Below are positions 25,285 through 39,600 of a stretch of DNA of 64,000 nucleotides, piece after piece. The notes beneath the pieces were generated by a model that ran no database searches, was not told the DNA's origin, and saw only the letters and a list, made by a program, of their open reading frames with translations. Source of the DNA: Azolla caroliniana (taxonomy: Eukaryota; Plantae; Polypodiophyta); NCBI GenBank assembly GCA_043228905.1, contig JBHGNT010000072.1, positions 1-64,000 on the forward strand, given 5' to 3'. The first letter of the stretch is position 1; each line of letters starts with the position of its first letter. The translations under genes and the position numbers were made by a program.

Positions 25285-25660
25285 TTAGTGTTAGTGTTGG
25301 TGTTAATTTTAGTGTTAGTTGAGTTCCTGGCTCTTGGTAGTGTTAGTGTTAGTGTTAGTGTTAATTTTAGTGTTAGTGTTAGTGTTAATTTTAGTGTTAG
25401 TGTTAGTGTTAATTTTAGTGTTAGTTGAGTTCCTGGCTCTAGGTAGTGTTAGTGTTAGTGTTAATTTTAGTGTTAGTTGAGTTCCTTGCTCTTGTTAGTG
25501 TTAGTGTTAGTGTTAGTGCTAATATTAGTTGAGTTCCTTGCTCTTGTTAGTGTTAGTGTTAGTGTCAATGTTAATGTTAATTTTAGTGGTTAGTGTTAAT
25601 GCTAATGTTATTTGAGTTCATGGCTCTTGTTAGTGTTACTGCTAGTTGAGTTCTCTTGTT
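25285..25660. repeat. (TTAGTG)n minisatellite with a higher-order AGTTGAGTTCC-T(G/T)GCTCT anchor
   Basis: Anchors near 25317, 25423, 25475, 25527, 25611 and 25644, separated by variable TTAGTG/TTAATT runs. Confidence 0.9.
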
Positions 25661-28600
25661 TCCAAATCATTGTTGCAGTATGTTGTGTGAGTGTGGTCTC
25701 GGAAAGTTATTAGTTTCTTGGGTTCATGGCTTTTAAGTTGGGTTCAGAGTGGATGTCAGCGTGTTCCTGCCATAAAAGTAACAAAAGTATTGCTTGTAAG
25801 GCTCGTGGATTTTGGTTATGTGGGTTCGGTGCATTGTGGTCACATAAATGTTAGCGGGATGCATTTCATGAAGACCAATTGCTTGAAATAAGAGAGTTTT
25901 GCTCGTTTGTCTCATGGCTTAGGTGGGTTTTAAACTTAATGCTCGGTTGACACTATAATAAGAATTGTTGATATGGCGTGAGGGTTTCACAAAGGATAGT
26001 TTCATAGCATGAGTTTCATATCTATTACTTGCAATAAGCTTTTATGAACTTGGCATTTCGTATAGAACTATATTTGCTGATTTTTCTTTCTAGATTTCCG
26101 ATTTTGCTAGCCTCGAGACAAGGAGCCTTATAGTTGTAGTCATTGATGTGGCATGAAATGTTTCATAGACGAAAAAGGCACTCGGTGAACAAAGATTGTG
26201 GGCTAGCTCCTTGTTTTGTCCGGTTTCATATTGCCATGTGTGTTTATGGGGCATGAACATATTACGAAGTACATAAAGTTTACGTAGGTTTTCAATATAT
26301 CATGCACATGATTGTTTCCATAATCAATGTTCAACTTGTAACACTCTTGGCGTAATTGGGTTTCTCATTGTTAGTTATTGCAATTTCCAATAAGTATTTG
26401 ATGTTACGAGAACAATTGTTATTGACACTTGCTTAATAAAAGAAATATTTGCTTACTAAAGTCATGATTTATGTAGATTTCACATTAGCAGCCCCATTAA
26501 AATGACAATAATTGTTCATATGGCCAACCCGTTATTCTCAACATAAAAAAAACATTTGCATTGGAACTTAGTTTCATGGAGAGTTTATGAATAGTTGAAC
26601 TCATTGTATACGTGGCATAAGATGTGGTTGTGAGTGGGCTCTTATAAGTTGTGTGGGTTTTTGCAAAAACAAGGAAAAGAATGTCATACTCTTTAGTTTT
26701 AACAACGGTATAAAGGTTAATATTTAAAATCTACAATATTGGTCATCAAGGCCAAATATTTGTATGAGACATGGTCATATTGTAATTTGTGGGAACTACC
26801 ATTTTTTGGGTAGGAATAACTCATGGCCAATGAGCTTATAACGTGAAAGGGAGCATGTAGGGTTTCCAACTTAAATGAAAGGGCAAACGCTCAAGTGTAA
26901 AAAGGGCCTTTAGGTGCCTTGCTACTTGGGGTTACCTTTTGGTTCTCCTTCTCTCCTTTTTCCTCATGTAGCTTTTCCGCATTAATCAATGGAGATATAT
27001 ACATGTTTTTAACTTAATAATTATCTATTTAATTGAAATATTGACTTAGTACTTAAATATTTAGTAATTATTTGTTTAATTAAGATAACCCTATTTCTTA
27101 AATTATGTAGTGATTAGATATGTGTTAATTTTAGTTTAACTTAAGAAGCTTTTGAGGGTTCAACTATTGCATGGAGTGGAGAGGTAAGTTGTGTGGCTTC
27201 AATGTGTTTACACCAAAACACGTATATAGATCGATGGATTTATGCCTACCATTGATATCCTTGTGACTATGATCCAAATTGCAATATTGGTGGCAAACCG
27301 GGCAAGAGCAATTGTCGGACAATCTTGAGCTATAATTAGCTTACTTAACCTTAACGATTAGTACTTATACTTACCCTCTCTTGCAATAGAAATAGATGTA
27401 TGGACAAAGATGACAAGAAGAAGAAATACACTTCTTATTAGCAAAGAGTTTTAGCACCATACAATAGTGGAGGGCTTAGGGTTTTGCTTAACTAGCTCTT
27501 AACCCTAAACACTTTTAGCTCTAATAGAAGATTAGGGATATTGCCCAAAAAAAAGGAAGAAGAAGAAGATTAGGGAGATAGAGTGAAAGATCACAATACA
27601 CTATAAAAAGGAGAAAACCTAAGATGTTGCCCATTGGTGGGTTCCTTTCATACCAAAAGGTGGATTTTATAGTTTTTTATGAGGTTGGTGGGTTCCTTTC
27701 ACACTATGTTGCCCATTGGTGACAATGTTTCCTATTTGGATTTACTCTATCCCCATTTTCCTATGGTTTGTTGAGCTCGGTGTCCCTTGTTGGTGTCTTG
27801 GTCTCCACAACCAGTGTCTCGGGTGCTAGGTACTTAACATAAATGCTTCCATGTGTTAAAGTATGACATGGTCTTTGCCATTGGGGATTGACACCCCCAA
27901 ATCCCTCGGTTAGCCCCCCATGAGGAAAGCAACCCTCAAGACTTGATAGTGACCCTTAGAAGTGCAAAACTCTAAGGTATGAGTTGTGCTACCCCTGTCG
28001 AGAATTTAAACTCTATCATGTTTTGAATCTAAATGACCTTAATCAAGGGGCCATGCAACTCCATGATCAACTTTATATATTTTTTCCTTGACTACATGCT
28101 AGATACAAGCAACTCGTTGGTAAAGCCCTTGTTGATAATAAGTACTCATAAGACATTTTTGAAGCATGAATTATCATGATTCATGAATGTAATGAGAGTC
28201 ATGGTCTTAATCATTTGATAGTGCAATTTGTGCCCTACTCAATTTAGTTAGTTAGTTAAAGTATATTCAAGTTGGTCCTTGTATAGTGCAACGCAAGAAA
28301 GCTCCTCTAAGCAAAGAATTCCATAATTTTTGGGAGCCTGGCATTCAAGGAATCTTTGTGCTATTACCTCATTTGGTATCTCCCTTATATGTGTGACTAA
28401 CTAATCATGCATTGTCATCATAACTTAGGGTATATTGGACCTAATATCATTCAACCTTTGACATTGGTTATCAATTATCCCTTTAGTTTTCCAGTTGTGG
28501 CTCATGAGTCACAAATTACAATACAAGGAGGAAGCAAGGACAAGAAAGAAACATAGAGTGGGGACTATGAATGTAACTCAAAGTAACTACCATAATTTAC

Positions 28601-30099
28601 ATATGTGTGGATATAAATGTGAAATATTTATACTTTTCATATTTCATTATAGCGAGAATGGATGCAGTTGTCAAGTTCTACTTTTGAACTTTTCAAGATA
28701 TTCATTGAAATTTTAATTCCAAAAGCTGAGCACAACAACTTTATTCTTGTTGATGTATTTATTAACTATAGACTTAATGAGAGAAAACTAATGCATACGG
28801 GTCAAATGATTCAAAGATAGGATACTCGAAAATCTCCATGATGATATCACTAATAGATCCATAAAAAGTGTTATCCTTACTATAATATGTAGTAACAATA
28901 AATTTACTCATCTTAGAAGTTGATGCATCATAGCATGTTCTTCCCCATGTTCTTAATGAAAAGTACGATGAAATGAGGTAAATAAGATTTGCTAAGACAA
29001 TTGACATTAAGTTATCGGTCGTGGAACTCACATAGCAACATAAATATGCTAGCAACCTTCATTATATATCCAATTCACTAATTTCAATGATAATTACAAG
29101 GACAATCACATAACTACCATACTATTTTCCCTTTTCTATAGTAGAAGATATTGGCATTCATGTGTTACTCATGTTAATTTTCTTCCTCATAATTAACCCA
29201 CTATTAACATGTCAAGCTCTCTAATCACATAATTTTCCTAATAAATGACTGATTTTGTGGAATAATGATTATGCGAAGTATTAAAATATGAATTAGTTCA
29301 TTTTACCATGACCTTGAATGAAAGGTTTCCCTTTTCAACAACAATTATCAAATGGCGCATGTGTTTTAGCCAACTTTTCATTCTAAATTGTAAACTAAAC
29401 TTGCCCTAGTACATTGATTGCTCTTATTTTTAAATAAAGTTAACTCAAACCCTCTTCCTTGGAAAGTTTTCTAGAATGTGATAAGTTTACTTAAAGTTTC
29501 ACACTCTTTGTAAAAAATGTAATAATGTACTCACAATCTTTTGTAGTTTATGTAATTATGCAAAAATAATACATGGCTATGAAATTTAGGCACACACATT
29601 ACATGCCTACGAATATGCCACCAATAAATATTTGTATAACAATCAAGTCTTCTAAGATAATACATATACATTAATGATGTTAAAAACTATCTTGGTACTT
29701 GGAAATTATTAATTGCGTGCTACATACATTTTCCTAAAGTATTGTAGTATGATTGCTTATCTCTTAACTTGCTTCCTCTGAATAATTAGTTTTGTCTCTG
29801 TGCAAGTACGAATGAACAAAGTCTCTTCTTTTTCTCGTTAGTATCTTTTTGAGTGATCATGTTCAACAATCGTATTTTATCTGCTTCATAATAATATATG
29901 TATATTAGCCTTATAGGTTTAAAGATTTGTAAATCATTCAATCTGGGTTTGGTTTGCCATGGGGCTCAAGGGCTTTGTTTAAACCTTTATCAATTTAATA
30001 GTTTGCACTTTATTTGGTTTCAAACTATGGCTTAATGGCTTGATAATTTTGGGGAACAATTAAAAAAAAAAACACTGCATCACATTAGTTAACAATCAA

Positions 30100-31050
30100 A
30101 GTACATAAAAGTTCAACCATTAAGATCCACAAGGACTAACCTTAGAGAGATCTAAATATCCAACAACTCCGAAAACCAGCAGCAAATTCAACAAAACTCA
30201 CATTGGCCTTCTGCTCACAAATCTAATCATAATCCCCACCCCCTCATTTACAACAAAATTATCCCACCTACTCTTTTACAACAAAGTTATCCAAGCACTA
30301 CAAGTATGGTAACTTACTTGTACCGCAACTATATATATTTACATCACCTGTCCACTAATGGGAGCCATTGGCGGAAACAACCACTTGGGTGCTTGGTAGT
30401 TCCATTTAGGCCTTGTCGAAGATTTGACTATCATAGGAGAACCACCCCATTTCAATAGAAACTTTGATCGTGCCCTTTTTGCTTCATCCGATTCCCCCTG
30501 AATCAAGTCATACTGTCTGCGCAACTAGGATACCAACTCGAATTTGATATTTAGCAACAACTCGCCGCTTGCGAGATTTTGTTGTTGAAAAACAAACTTA
30601 CAACGCCTGGTCCAAATGTGGCAGATCAATAAGCACACCACCATCATCCATATCTCCTCAAAAAATGCAAAGTTTGTGCCAGGTCGCACTCCAACACATT
30701 GGAACATGCTACCACCCTGCACTATAAATCCATGACCATGTGGGTTTAACTGTTCCGCCCAGTCTTCCCCTATTAACTTCAAACCTTGTAAGTACCCCCG
30801 CACAACCTTCCCATCCACACCGCAAGCTACCATGATCCTTAGACTTCTACCCCAAATGGTAATTGCCTCTACACAAATTCCAGAAACGATGAGGGATCGA
30901 CTCCAAAGAGTATCCACATAACTTGCAACCAGCCTCCCCACCACGACACCTCATCCACTCCCCATATCGCCTTATGGCTAAGAAGTCACAACCAAACCTT
31001 GATTTTTTTTTTGGCATATCCAACACCCTTAGTCTCCGCCGAAATGATGC
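30100..31050 (-). mobile_element. Decayed 3' fragment of an L1-type LINE (zf-RVT region)
   Basis: Frameshifted minus-strand translation KIKVWL...CKLCGYSLESIPHRFWNLC...IWGRSLRI...HIWTRRCKFVFQ matches the plant L1 ORF2 C-terminal CxxC...ExxxHxFxxC motif. Boundaries approximate. Confidence 0.7.
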
Positions 31051-32440
31051 ATTAGTAAGTTTTAACTTTGAGTCCTAAGATCTTATTTTATTTTAAATTT
31101 TAGCTTTAAAACAAATAACCCATTCTTGAAAAAATGAAAATTGAGTGTATATTTGCCAAAAAAATTATTTGAGCCAAAACTATACTTGAGAACTCTTCAA
31201 CAACTTGGTTTGAGCTTGAAAAAACTCCAACCAGTTCAATTTGAATAGTTTCAATTTCAAGGTTTGACAAATTGTTTGGTTTGTCTTAAGTTTCAAAATG
31301 ATCAAAGAGTTTGAGTTTGAGACACCTGATCTAAACCAAACTATTGTCAATTATTACTAACAAGAGTTGGTCATCAATAAGCGGTGTTGGCCAATCAACA
31401 ACTATGTTCAAGTGACAACCATATATCTTAGCAGTCTACTTGTCATAGTGCTTCAAGATTTTCACACTTGCTCAAAGCATCAAAGACTCCCTAAAGCGGG
31501 ATATCATTCTCAATCAATGTCATTTGTGTCACTTTCACAAAACCACACAATGCAATTCAAAGCACTAGCCCTCATTATATAATTACTTACCAATAATCTT
31601 CATCAGGTTACATGGTATACCTTATTCCCTCTACCCACCTCCTACTTGTCCCCTATAATTCTCACAGATGGATGGCTTTATACACATGACATTGAGGCCT
31701 CCATACACGACTAAACCCAAATGTTATAGACAATATTGCATCAAATAAGTGTTCCATGATGTGGGAATGTACCATGTGATGGATGCAAAAATAATGGGTA
31801 CTAATTGGTGTTCATTGCTTTCATTTCTTTGTACATTCACACGGCAGGGATTGCCAATGTTCTTGTACACTTCAACTAAGCTAGCGCATAAGCATGTATA
31901 TAGAGAGCTTTTGAAACTAAAAGCCATAAAATTATAATAACGAGTGCATATCTCAAAATAAGTGATCGAGCATTCTGGGGACAAAAACACACCTTTAGAA
32001 ACAAAGAGACATGTTGTGACAAGTTCTTGAGCAACGACAAAACAAAAATGTGTCCGATCCTTAAAAATGTAAGGCCAAGAATGTTGAAATAAATATAAAA
32101 GGTCAACCTAAATCTAGCTAGCCATGTCAACAACATATTTGTAGCAATATATGTTAGTTTTCTTTACATGAAAATGATGTTATAGAATTGTTTAGCTTAA
32201 AGGGTTGGAAACATACTTGTGCAAAACAGTTGGTTAACACTATAATAAACAATCACATTAATGACTACATGCATAAACACGACGAGACCAAGTCTTATGT
32301 CAAACCACAAACATTGGTTCAAAGATAGCACCCAAAATTAGATTCGTGTTCAATCCCAAGTTGTCACCCAACCTTGTTCATACTAGATTACCCCTCGCCT
32401 TTGGGTCTCAATCCACTCCCACACTTATTTAATAGCCATG

Positions 32441-32556
32441 TTTCTTTCTACATCTACGACAACCAAACCATTGACTTGAAGGTGTCACATATGGGTCTTT
32501 CTTTCTACAACTACGACAACCAAACCATTGACTTGAGGGTGTCATGTATGGGTCTT
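32441..32556. repeat. 57-bp tandem duplication
   Basis: tttctttctaca(t/a)ctacgacaaccaaaccattgacttga(a/g)ggtgtca..tatgggtc twice. Confidence 0.85.
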
Positions 32557-34899
32557 ATATTACCCATTGAAATGTATATAAACAATTCTAACATTTTAGC
32601 TTTCCACATATGCCTTTCCTTCTCCTATCCACCATTCTGTACTTAGTTTCCCAAGAGTTTTCTTTGTCGTAGTTAGTTTATCCTCCACGCACCCAACTCC
32701 CTCTCGTACTTTGTCCCACTTCACCTTGTATTGATCCTCCACTCTTACTCAACCCCACGTCCCTCCATTGCTCACTACTTTTCACATCTTCATTGACCTT
32801 GATTTTAACCTTTTTGGTCATCCCCTATGGTGGCACCTCACCTCCCTTAATGCATATGGAAGTGTGCATGCATTAGGTTGGGGGGGATGTTGAGTATCTT
32901 GGCAAACATCTCACCTCTAATGCTATAACATTGTAATATACAATTATTTATATAAAACTTTGTACCCTCCCAAGTGTGAAAGGGAGATAGTTGCAATATA
33001 CCTAAATAAGGTAGACGTATAAATGTATAATTATAAACTTATATGAGGGTTCTTCCTTATTTCACCGTACTCTTAAAGGTAAACCTTAAGTTCCCATCCC
33101 CTTCTCTCCCTTTAACCATTCTCTTAATTCTAAGTTAAGAGTGTATTTGTGTTTTCTTATTAGTACATCCCTCTTATCAAATGACTAACAATTATAATTT
33201 AACTAGGTGGCCAATTCCTTTCTGATTAATAACTTGCATGCTTCACCATTGCTTTTTTTGCTCCCATTTAAGTTGTCGGGTTAAGAAAAGCATAGGTTAA
33301 GTCATCCTGCTAGTGTTTGAGGATTGGCCAATGGTAGTTTTGATACTACGAAAAATACTAGGACTATTGTTCATACTACCCCATAGATAAGGGAAGGGGT
33401 GTTTATAAAAAGTAACCCATCTGAACACAACGAGCATATGTATGTTATTCTCAATGAGAAATATAGGTTTGAGGTAAAACGACATTGATAAAGTACTCGT
33501 ATCTTTATTTATATAAATTGGCAACCCACACCACAATCATGCACATGCAAATATAATATGCCCAATAGACATTTGTGTAGTGCACATGTAGCAACACACA
33601 AACCCAAACACAACAAAGGAAAGATACCGGTGATTTATTTTACAACTTAGAGATGTACACATAAGCATAACATGTGATGATGTTTTTTTTATGAAAATGC
33701 ATTATACTATTGGTGGGAAACCTCAAATTGAGGTGACAACATGTCATATTGGAACCATCCCAATAAGTCGTGCATAAACATGCTCACGAAAGTCACAATA
33801 GACATAACACAAATAAAAGGATTGTATGCGAGGAAAACCTAAATAACACACGTGGATTTGAAGTTTATTGCTGAAAATTCTATTCATTAGGAATAGTATG
33901 GAGTATCCATAAAACCTACTATCATCTAATATGTAAAGGATGACAAGGGTGTGAATGTCTCATAATTGAAATGGTTAAAGGAAATTTCCAAAATAAGGAG
34001 CATGGAATGTAATGGTAGATTTGCGGGTAACTTGATGTGAGAAAAATATTTTGTAATTCATGACCAAAAGGACATGAAGAAAGGTCTCATCGACTTCTCC
34101 ATGGGGTCCTCCTACAAGTGACCAAAGCAAATTCATTTGATTGTAATAAGTTATAACATAGTAACTTCCAAGATCCAAAGTATACATCATCAAATGACTT
34201 AATGTCCCTTTTAAACTCCTTTCTTGTCCCTTTCACTAAACGAATGACTTTTCCATATGCTACACATCAATACAATTTAATATCATGCTATGGGGAAAAT
34301 GTACTCCATATTGATTAATTTGGTCCATTGAGTAACTACACGAAAACTAGGAATTAGCAAAATATATCAATCTTCGAGCTACATTTCGTCAAATGACCAC
34401 AACATGCACATTTTAATCATGTGTCCGTTTGATCATAAACCAATGTTGATCCACTTTTGCATATGGCATCCATCATTGCTCACACCACCTTCTTGCTTGA
34501 TATCACGTCGACCACAAAAAATATCGAGTAATTGGCCATCATTGTCATTGCTTCATGTTCTGATATGTAGATCCACATCACTCCCTCACCCTCTGTACTT
34601 AGTTTCCAACATATTTTCTATTTGCTCAAATTTCCTACTCTAGTTATACATTACACATCTAGTTGACCGTGTTGCAAATCTGCCACTTTTTTATCACAAT
34701 GATAGTGTTCTCTCTCCGTCTCTCTCTGTAGCAATCACTTCACCATGATGTTGACTTGAACTTGCCTTAACAGATGAGCTTGAGGTGAACCAAAAGGAGG
34801 ACTTCATCCATAATGCAATCAATGGGTTGGCACTGGTTGCAATTATGAGATGGGAACGAGCGGAAAATATAAAAGGAAAAAAGGGGACCAAACACACAT

Positions 34900-34978
34900 A
34901 ACATGTGTGCGCGCACACACAAACACAAACACAAACACACATATGTGCAAAGATAGAGAGGTAGACCGAGAGACACAA

Positions 34979-35017
<39 letters not shown>

Positions 35018-35880
35018 GGGCCACATGGCTGCGCACAGACACAAACTTGATAAAGTATGGAGTTATGAAACACAAACATGGACCTTATAAAGAGTATCGA
35101 CCCGATAAAAAGAGTATGGAGAGCGGAAAAGGGCCGAGGTAGGAGTGTGATGTGCAGGTTGATGTCCCCCATGAGATGAAAGCCTCCTTCAGACTCTTCT
35201 TCTTCTTCTTCTTCTTCTTCTTCTTTTGTTCTACCCCCCCCCCCATGTGTTGTGTTTTTTGTTTTTTTGTTTTGTTTTGGAGAGTGAAATGTAGTTCTCC
35301 TTTTTCTTCTTCTTTCTTCCCCCTTGTATTTTTATTTATTTATTTTCTTCTTTTTAATTTTAATTTTAATTTGTGTGTAGTATGTTTATTATTATTATAT
35401 TATATTATATTTTTATTTATTTAAATTATTAGTATTATTATTATTATTATTGGGGTGTCTCTCAAGAAACAAGAAGCTTTGTTTTTTTTTCTTCTTCTTT
35501 GTTTTTCTTCTTTGTCCTAAATTAATAATTGTGTGACTTGTGTGCTTTTCTTTGTGCAGAAAAAACAAAAGCAAAAAACAGAGGAAACAGAGTAAGGGAA
35601 GCAGAGAAACAGAGAGACAGAGAGAGACAGAGACTCTTTTTGGTTAGAACGTTTCTTTTGCGGATCAGAGAGAGGTATTATTATATAGGTAGTGAGTGAG
35701 AGTGAGAGAGAGAGAGATCGGGAGGTACTGTGAGAGCCCAAATCGGGAAAACAAACCAGCACACGCAGAGAAATCCAGAGAGAGACACTGATCTTCTCTT
35801 CTCTGCTTGAGTTGCCTGCAAAATCAGAGAGATACAGGGTTTCAGAAGATACACGCAGCTGTTTTCTTCTTCTTCTTCTT

Positions 35881-35911
<31 letters not shown>

Positions 35912-36100
35912 TATTTCCTTGCACGTCAGAGAGAATTGGAGAGAACCCGAATTGGAACACATACACATACATACACATATAGAGTTCATTTGATCTTTCT
36001 TGCTGAAAATTCTTGCAATTCAGAGATACAGATAGAACAGAGGACCCAAAACCAGGGGGAATTGTTTCAAATCAGAAACAAATCAAGATAAAGGAAAACG

Positions 36101-36132
<32 letters not shown>

Positions 36133-36135
36133 AAA
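34900..36135. repeat. Microsatellite-rich promoter/5' region of HMGS: (GA)n, (CTT)n, (CA)n, (TTA)n
   Basis: Directly visible, e.g. GA at 34982-35012 and 36108-36132, CTT at 35195-35225 and 35864-35910. Confidence 0.85.
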
Positions 36136-36205
36136 AGACGCACATTTTGTCTTTAGAGTTTATATAGAAGCCTTTTTGTTCTTCTTTTTGCTAATTTTTA
36201 TCGTA

Positions 36206-36580
36206 ATGGAGAAGAGACCACAGAATGTTGGCATCCTTGCCATTGATATCTACTTCCCTGCTACCTCTGTCCTTCAGGTATTTATTTATTTAAATTATTT
36301 TTTGGCTTATGTATTTAAGTATTTGTTCTTCTATAAAAAGGCGGCATTCTGTTTATGAAATCTCCATCGGCAGAAGAAGGGTCTGAATGCCATTTTATTG
36401 TTGTTGTTTTATGCCATATTTCAATCATCCTTTTTTTTTTCTCTTTTTTTTTGCAATTGCTGAACCAAAACTTTATTATCCTGCAAGACAAAACCCTGTT
36501 AATCTTTGCAGGGAGAAACCTTAATCTTTGTCAAGGCAAAAGATTTATAACGTAATATTCTCACGTGTGTCAAAGTTCTT

Positions 36581-36612
<32 letters not shown>

Positions 36613-39600
36613 CTTATATATATGCATACATAGATACCCACACAGATACATATTTATATATACGTGTACTCAAAATTTGAGGCAATTATGTACATTTTCT
36701 TCTTAGCTGTATACGAGAGAGTATGCATGCATGTTATGTATATGTATATGTGTATGTGTGTGTCTTTTTTCCTAGCAGATGGTGATTAATTGGACATTTA
36801 GATTATTGAATACGAAAATTTTGTGTTCTCTTTGATTTGTATACACGTTTTGATGGAAACCATTGAATCTCATGCATGTTATTTGTGAGGAACAAAAAGC
36901 TCACCACTTCACAAAATTATGTAGAAACATGTGGAAATCTATTTCAGAATTCTAAAAATTGTTTATACTCAACTAATTTTGTTTTCTAACCTGTAACAAT
37001 TATCTGTGTTGTTAATATAGATTATTTTTTTTCAATGTAAAAAAGGATGCACTAGAAGATTATGATGGAGTTAGCAAAGGAAAATATACTATCGGTCTTG
37101 GACAAGATCGGTTAGCTTTTTGTACTGACCTTGAGGATGTGATCTCCATGAGGTATTAAACAAGACTTTCAATGTCTAATCTCTCTTTCTCTCTCTCTCT
37201 CTCTCTCTAGATTGGGCAATGTCAACTTGTCATGCACGTAGGCCTTGGCCTCATGGACCATGATCTCACCACCCTTGCCATCAATAGATAAATACCATTA
37301 TCTCTCGTCATCGCAGCACCTTCCTCTCGTCAGAGATCTCTCCATTCTGGATCAACCTATAGTAGAGATATTTCAAAAACAAAATTACAATAGATCTGAC
37401 TTGAGACTTTTACATTTAGTGATGAGGAGATTATTTAGTCACTTCTAATTCTATTTCTATGTAGTTTTTTACTTGGTTACATTTATTTTGGTTTGTTATT
37501 ATCAAAGACGAGACCAAATTTTAAGATGTAATCTCTTGTTTGGTCTTAAGGCCGTTCTGGCCTCTTAAAAGGCATTAACATATCTTTCTTTCTTTCCTTC
37601 TCTCTCTCTCTATACACACACACACACACACACATGTAAAACAGAAAAGTTATGAAATATGCTTCCAAGTCTTAAATATAATTGAGAAGTCTGACTGAAA
37701 GTCAATTTTATTTATTTATTAAATAATAACAGTTTGACAGTGGTTCAGTCACTTCTCAACAAGTACAATGTATCCCCATCCCAAATAGGAAGGCTTGAGG
37801 TTGGAAGTGAGACTGTGGTGGATAAAAGTAAATCCATAAAAACATGGATTATGCAACTCTTTCAGGTAATTTGATCTATGGAAAAAATCCAACATTTCCC
37901 CAGATCGTTTTGGTATTTACCAAAGTATCCTTAAGTTTTTAAAAATCATGAAAAGTCGGTCTGGTAATTTTGAAAACTTAGGGCGTGGTAAATATGCAAA
38001 ACGATAGGGGTATTTTGGTGTTTTTGCCCATTGGGTTACATTGTATGCAATTTGTAGTTTCAATAAAAAAATTTCTTTTTAAGAGACATTGTAACAACGG
38101 TTCATGGATTTTCGTCACGCATTGTATAGAAATCTGGGAATACCGACATTGAAGGTGTGGACTCTACAAATGCATGCTATGGAGGAACTGCAGCACTATT
38201 GAATTGCTTGAATTGGGTAGAAAGTACTGCTTGGGATGGACGGTATGGACTAGTCGTTGCTGCTGACAGCGCGGTAAGAAGATTTTCATATCATTTTCTT
38301 AAGCTGGTCTAAAAAGGCTTGGATTCTCCTAAATTATTTGGTCTATCTATGAATATTGTGTTAGTTGGTTTATAAAGCTTCTTGAGTAGTTGTAATAACT
38401 GATCCATGAATCCTGGAAAACCTAAAACTTCTATAATGTTATATAAGTACTCCATAAAGCTTGGAAACCTGAGATCTGGTTTATAAAGCTTTTAGAATTT
38501 GTATTTTAGTGTCTAGAATTTTTTAGTTATTGGTCTATAAAACTTGGAAACCTTAAAATTAATTTGAAAAGCTTTGTTAGTTGTCCTAAACTAGTTTGGA
38601 AACCCTAATGTTATTAGTGAATAAAACTTGTAGTAATTGATCTATAAAGCTTCTAGAATGAATGTTTGTAATAATTGTTTATCAAGCTTGGAAACTGTAA
38701 ATGTTTTCCTTAAGCATTATAATAATTTCTAAGTAATCATATTAAATTGCTGTATTGAGAATCTGCTGTTTTAAGCATGCGAAATGTCGACGTAATGTCT
38801 AATGGCTTGGGTTTGGGAGTCTGTTTGTAGGTGTATGCCGAGGGTCCGGCAAGACCAACTGGAGGGGCAGGAGCTATTGCCATGTTGATAGGACCTAATG
38901 CACCGCTAGTGATGGAGCGTAAGTACACTGGAACTCATATGGAACATGTCTACGACTTCTACAAACCCAAGTTGGCGAGCGAGTATCCGGTTTGTTTTCT
39001 TGCCTGAAAAGCAAAATTAGTATCTCATAGCAGCAAATAGACTTCTTCATTATTATCAAAATAAAAATTCGCATCGATTTTCTTACAAACGTTTCCTGCA
39101 TATCTTGGTAGAGCTTAGAGAGTTTCATTATTATATCTGATTTGGCAAAATTTTGATTATCAGAGGTTCATTGTCCACCTGATTTGTCTTCTTGGAAAAA
39201 TTAATCATCTTAGTAAAGTTTAAAGAGTTCATTGTTTCAATCGGTTTGTTTTCTTGCTAAATTCTTAGTCATCTAATCGGATATGATGAGGATTTCATTG
39301 GTTTATTGGGATTGTGATGGGTGTAATAATGTCTTTTCATATGTAGGTGGTCGATGGCAAATTATCACAAACGTGCTATCTCAAGGCCTTGGATTCATGC
39401 TATGGTCGTCTAAGTGAAAAGTATGTCTGCTCCTATATTTCTATACACCCTGTAACTAGTTGAAAAAAGTTGTTTATAAGTTTGTTCATTTCAGTATTTC
39501 TCACGTCCACTTGGATGGACAGGTTTGAAAAGGCGGAAGGGCGATCATTTTCTTTGGCAGATACTGACTATATAGTTTGCCATTCACCTTACAACAAGGT

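Noticed and set aside
25285-25660. CRISPR-like look (constant anchors with variable spacers)
   Set aside because: The spacers are themselves TTAGTG repeats rather than unique sequence, the context is eukaryotic and there are no cas genes.
27250-28450. Possible old LTR/gypsy remnant (TATA-like motifs, short internal duplications)
   Set aside because: No termini, TSD or protein motif could be fixed.
34694-35978. Cluster of 66-153-aa ORFs upstream of HMGS
   Set aside because: Dominated by GA/CT/CTT microsatellite translations (poly-LS, poly-R, poly-F); no domain.
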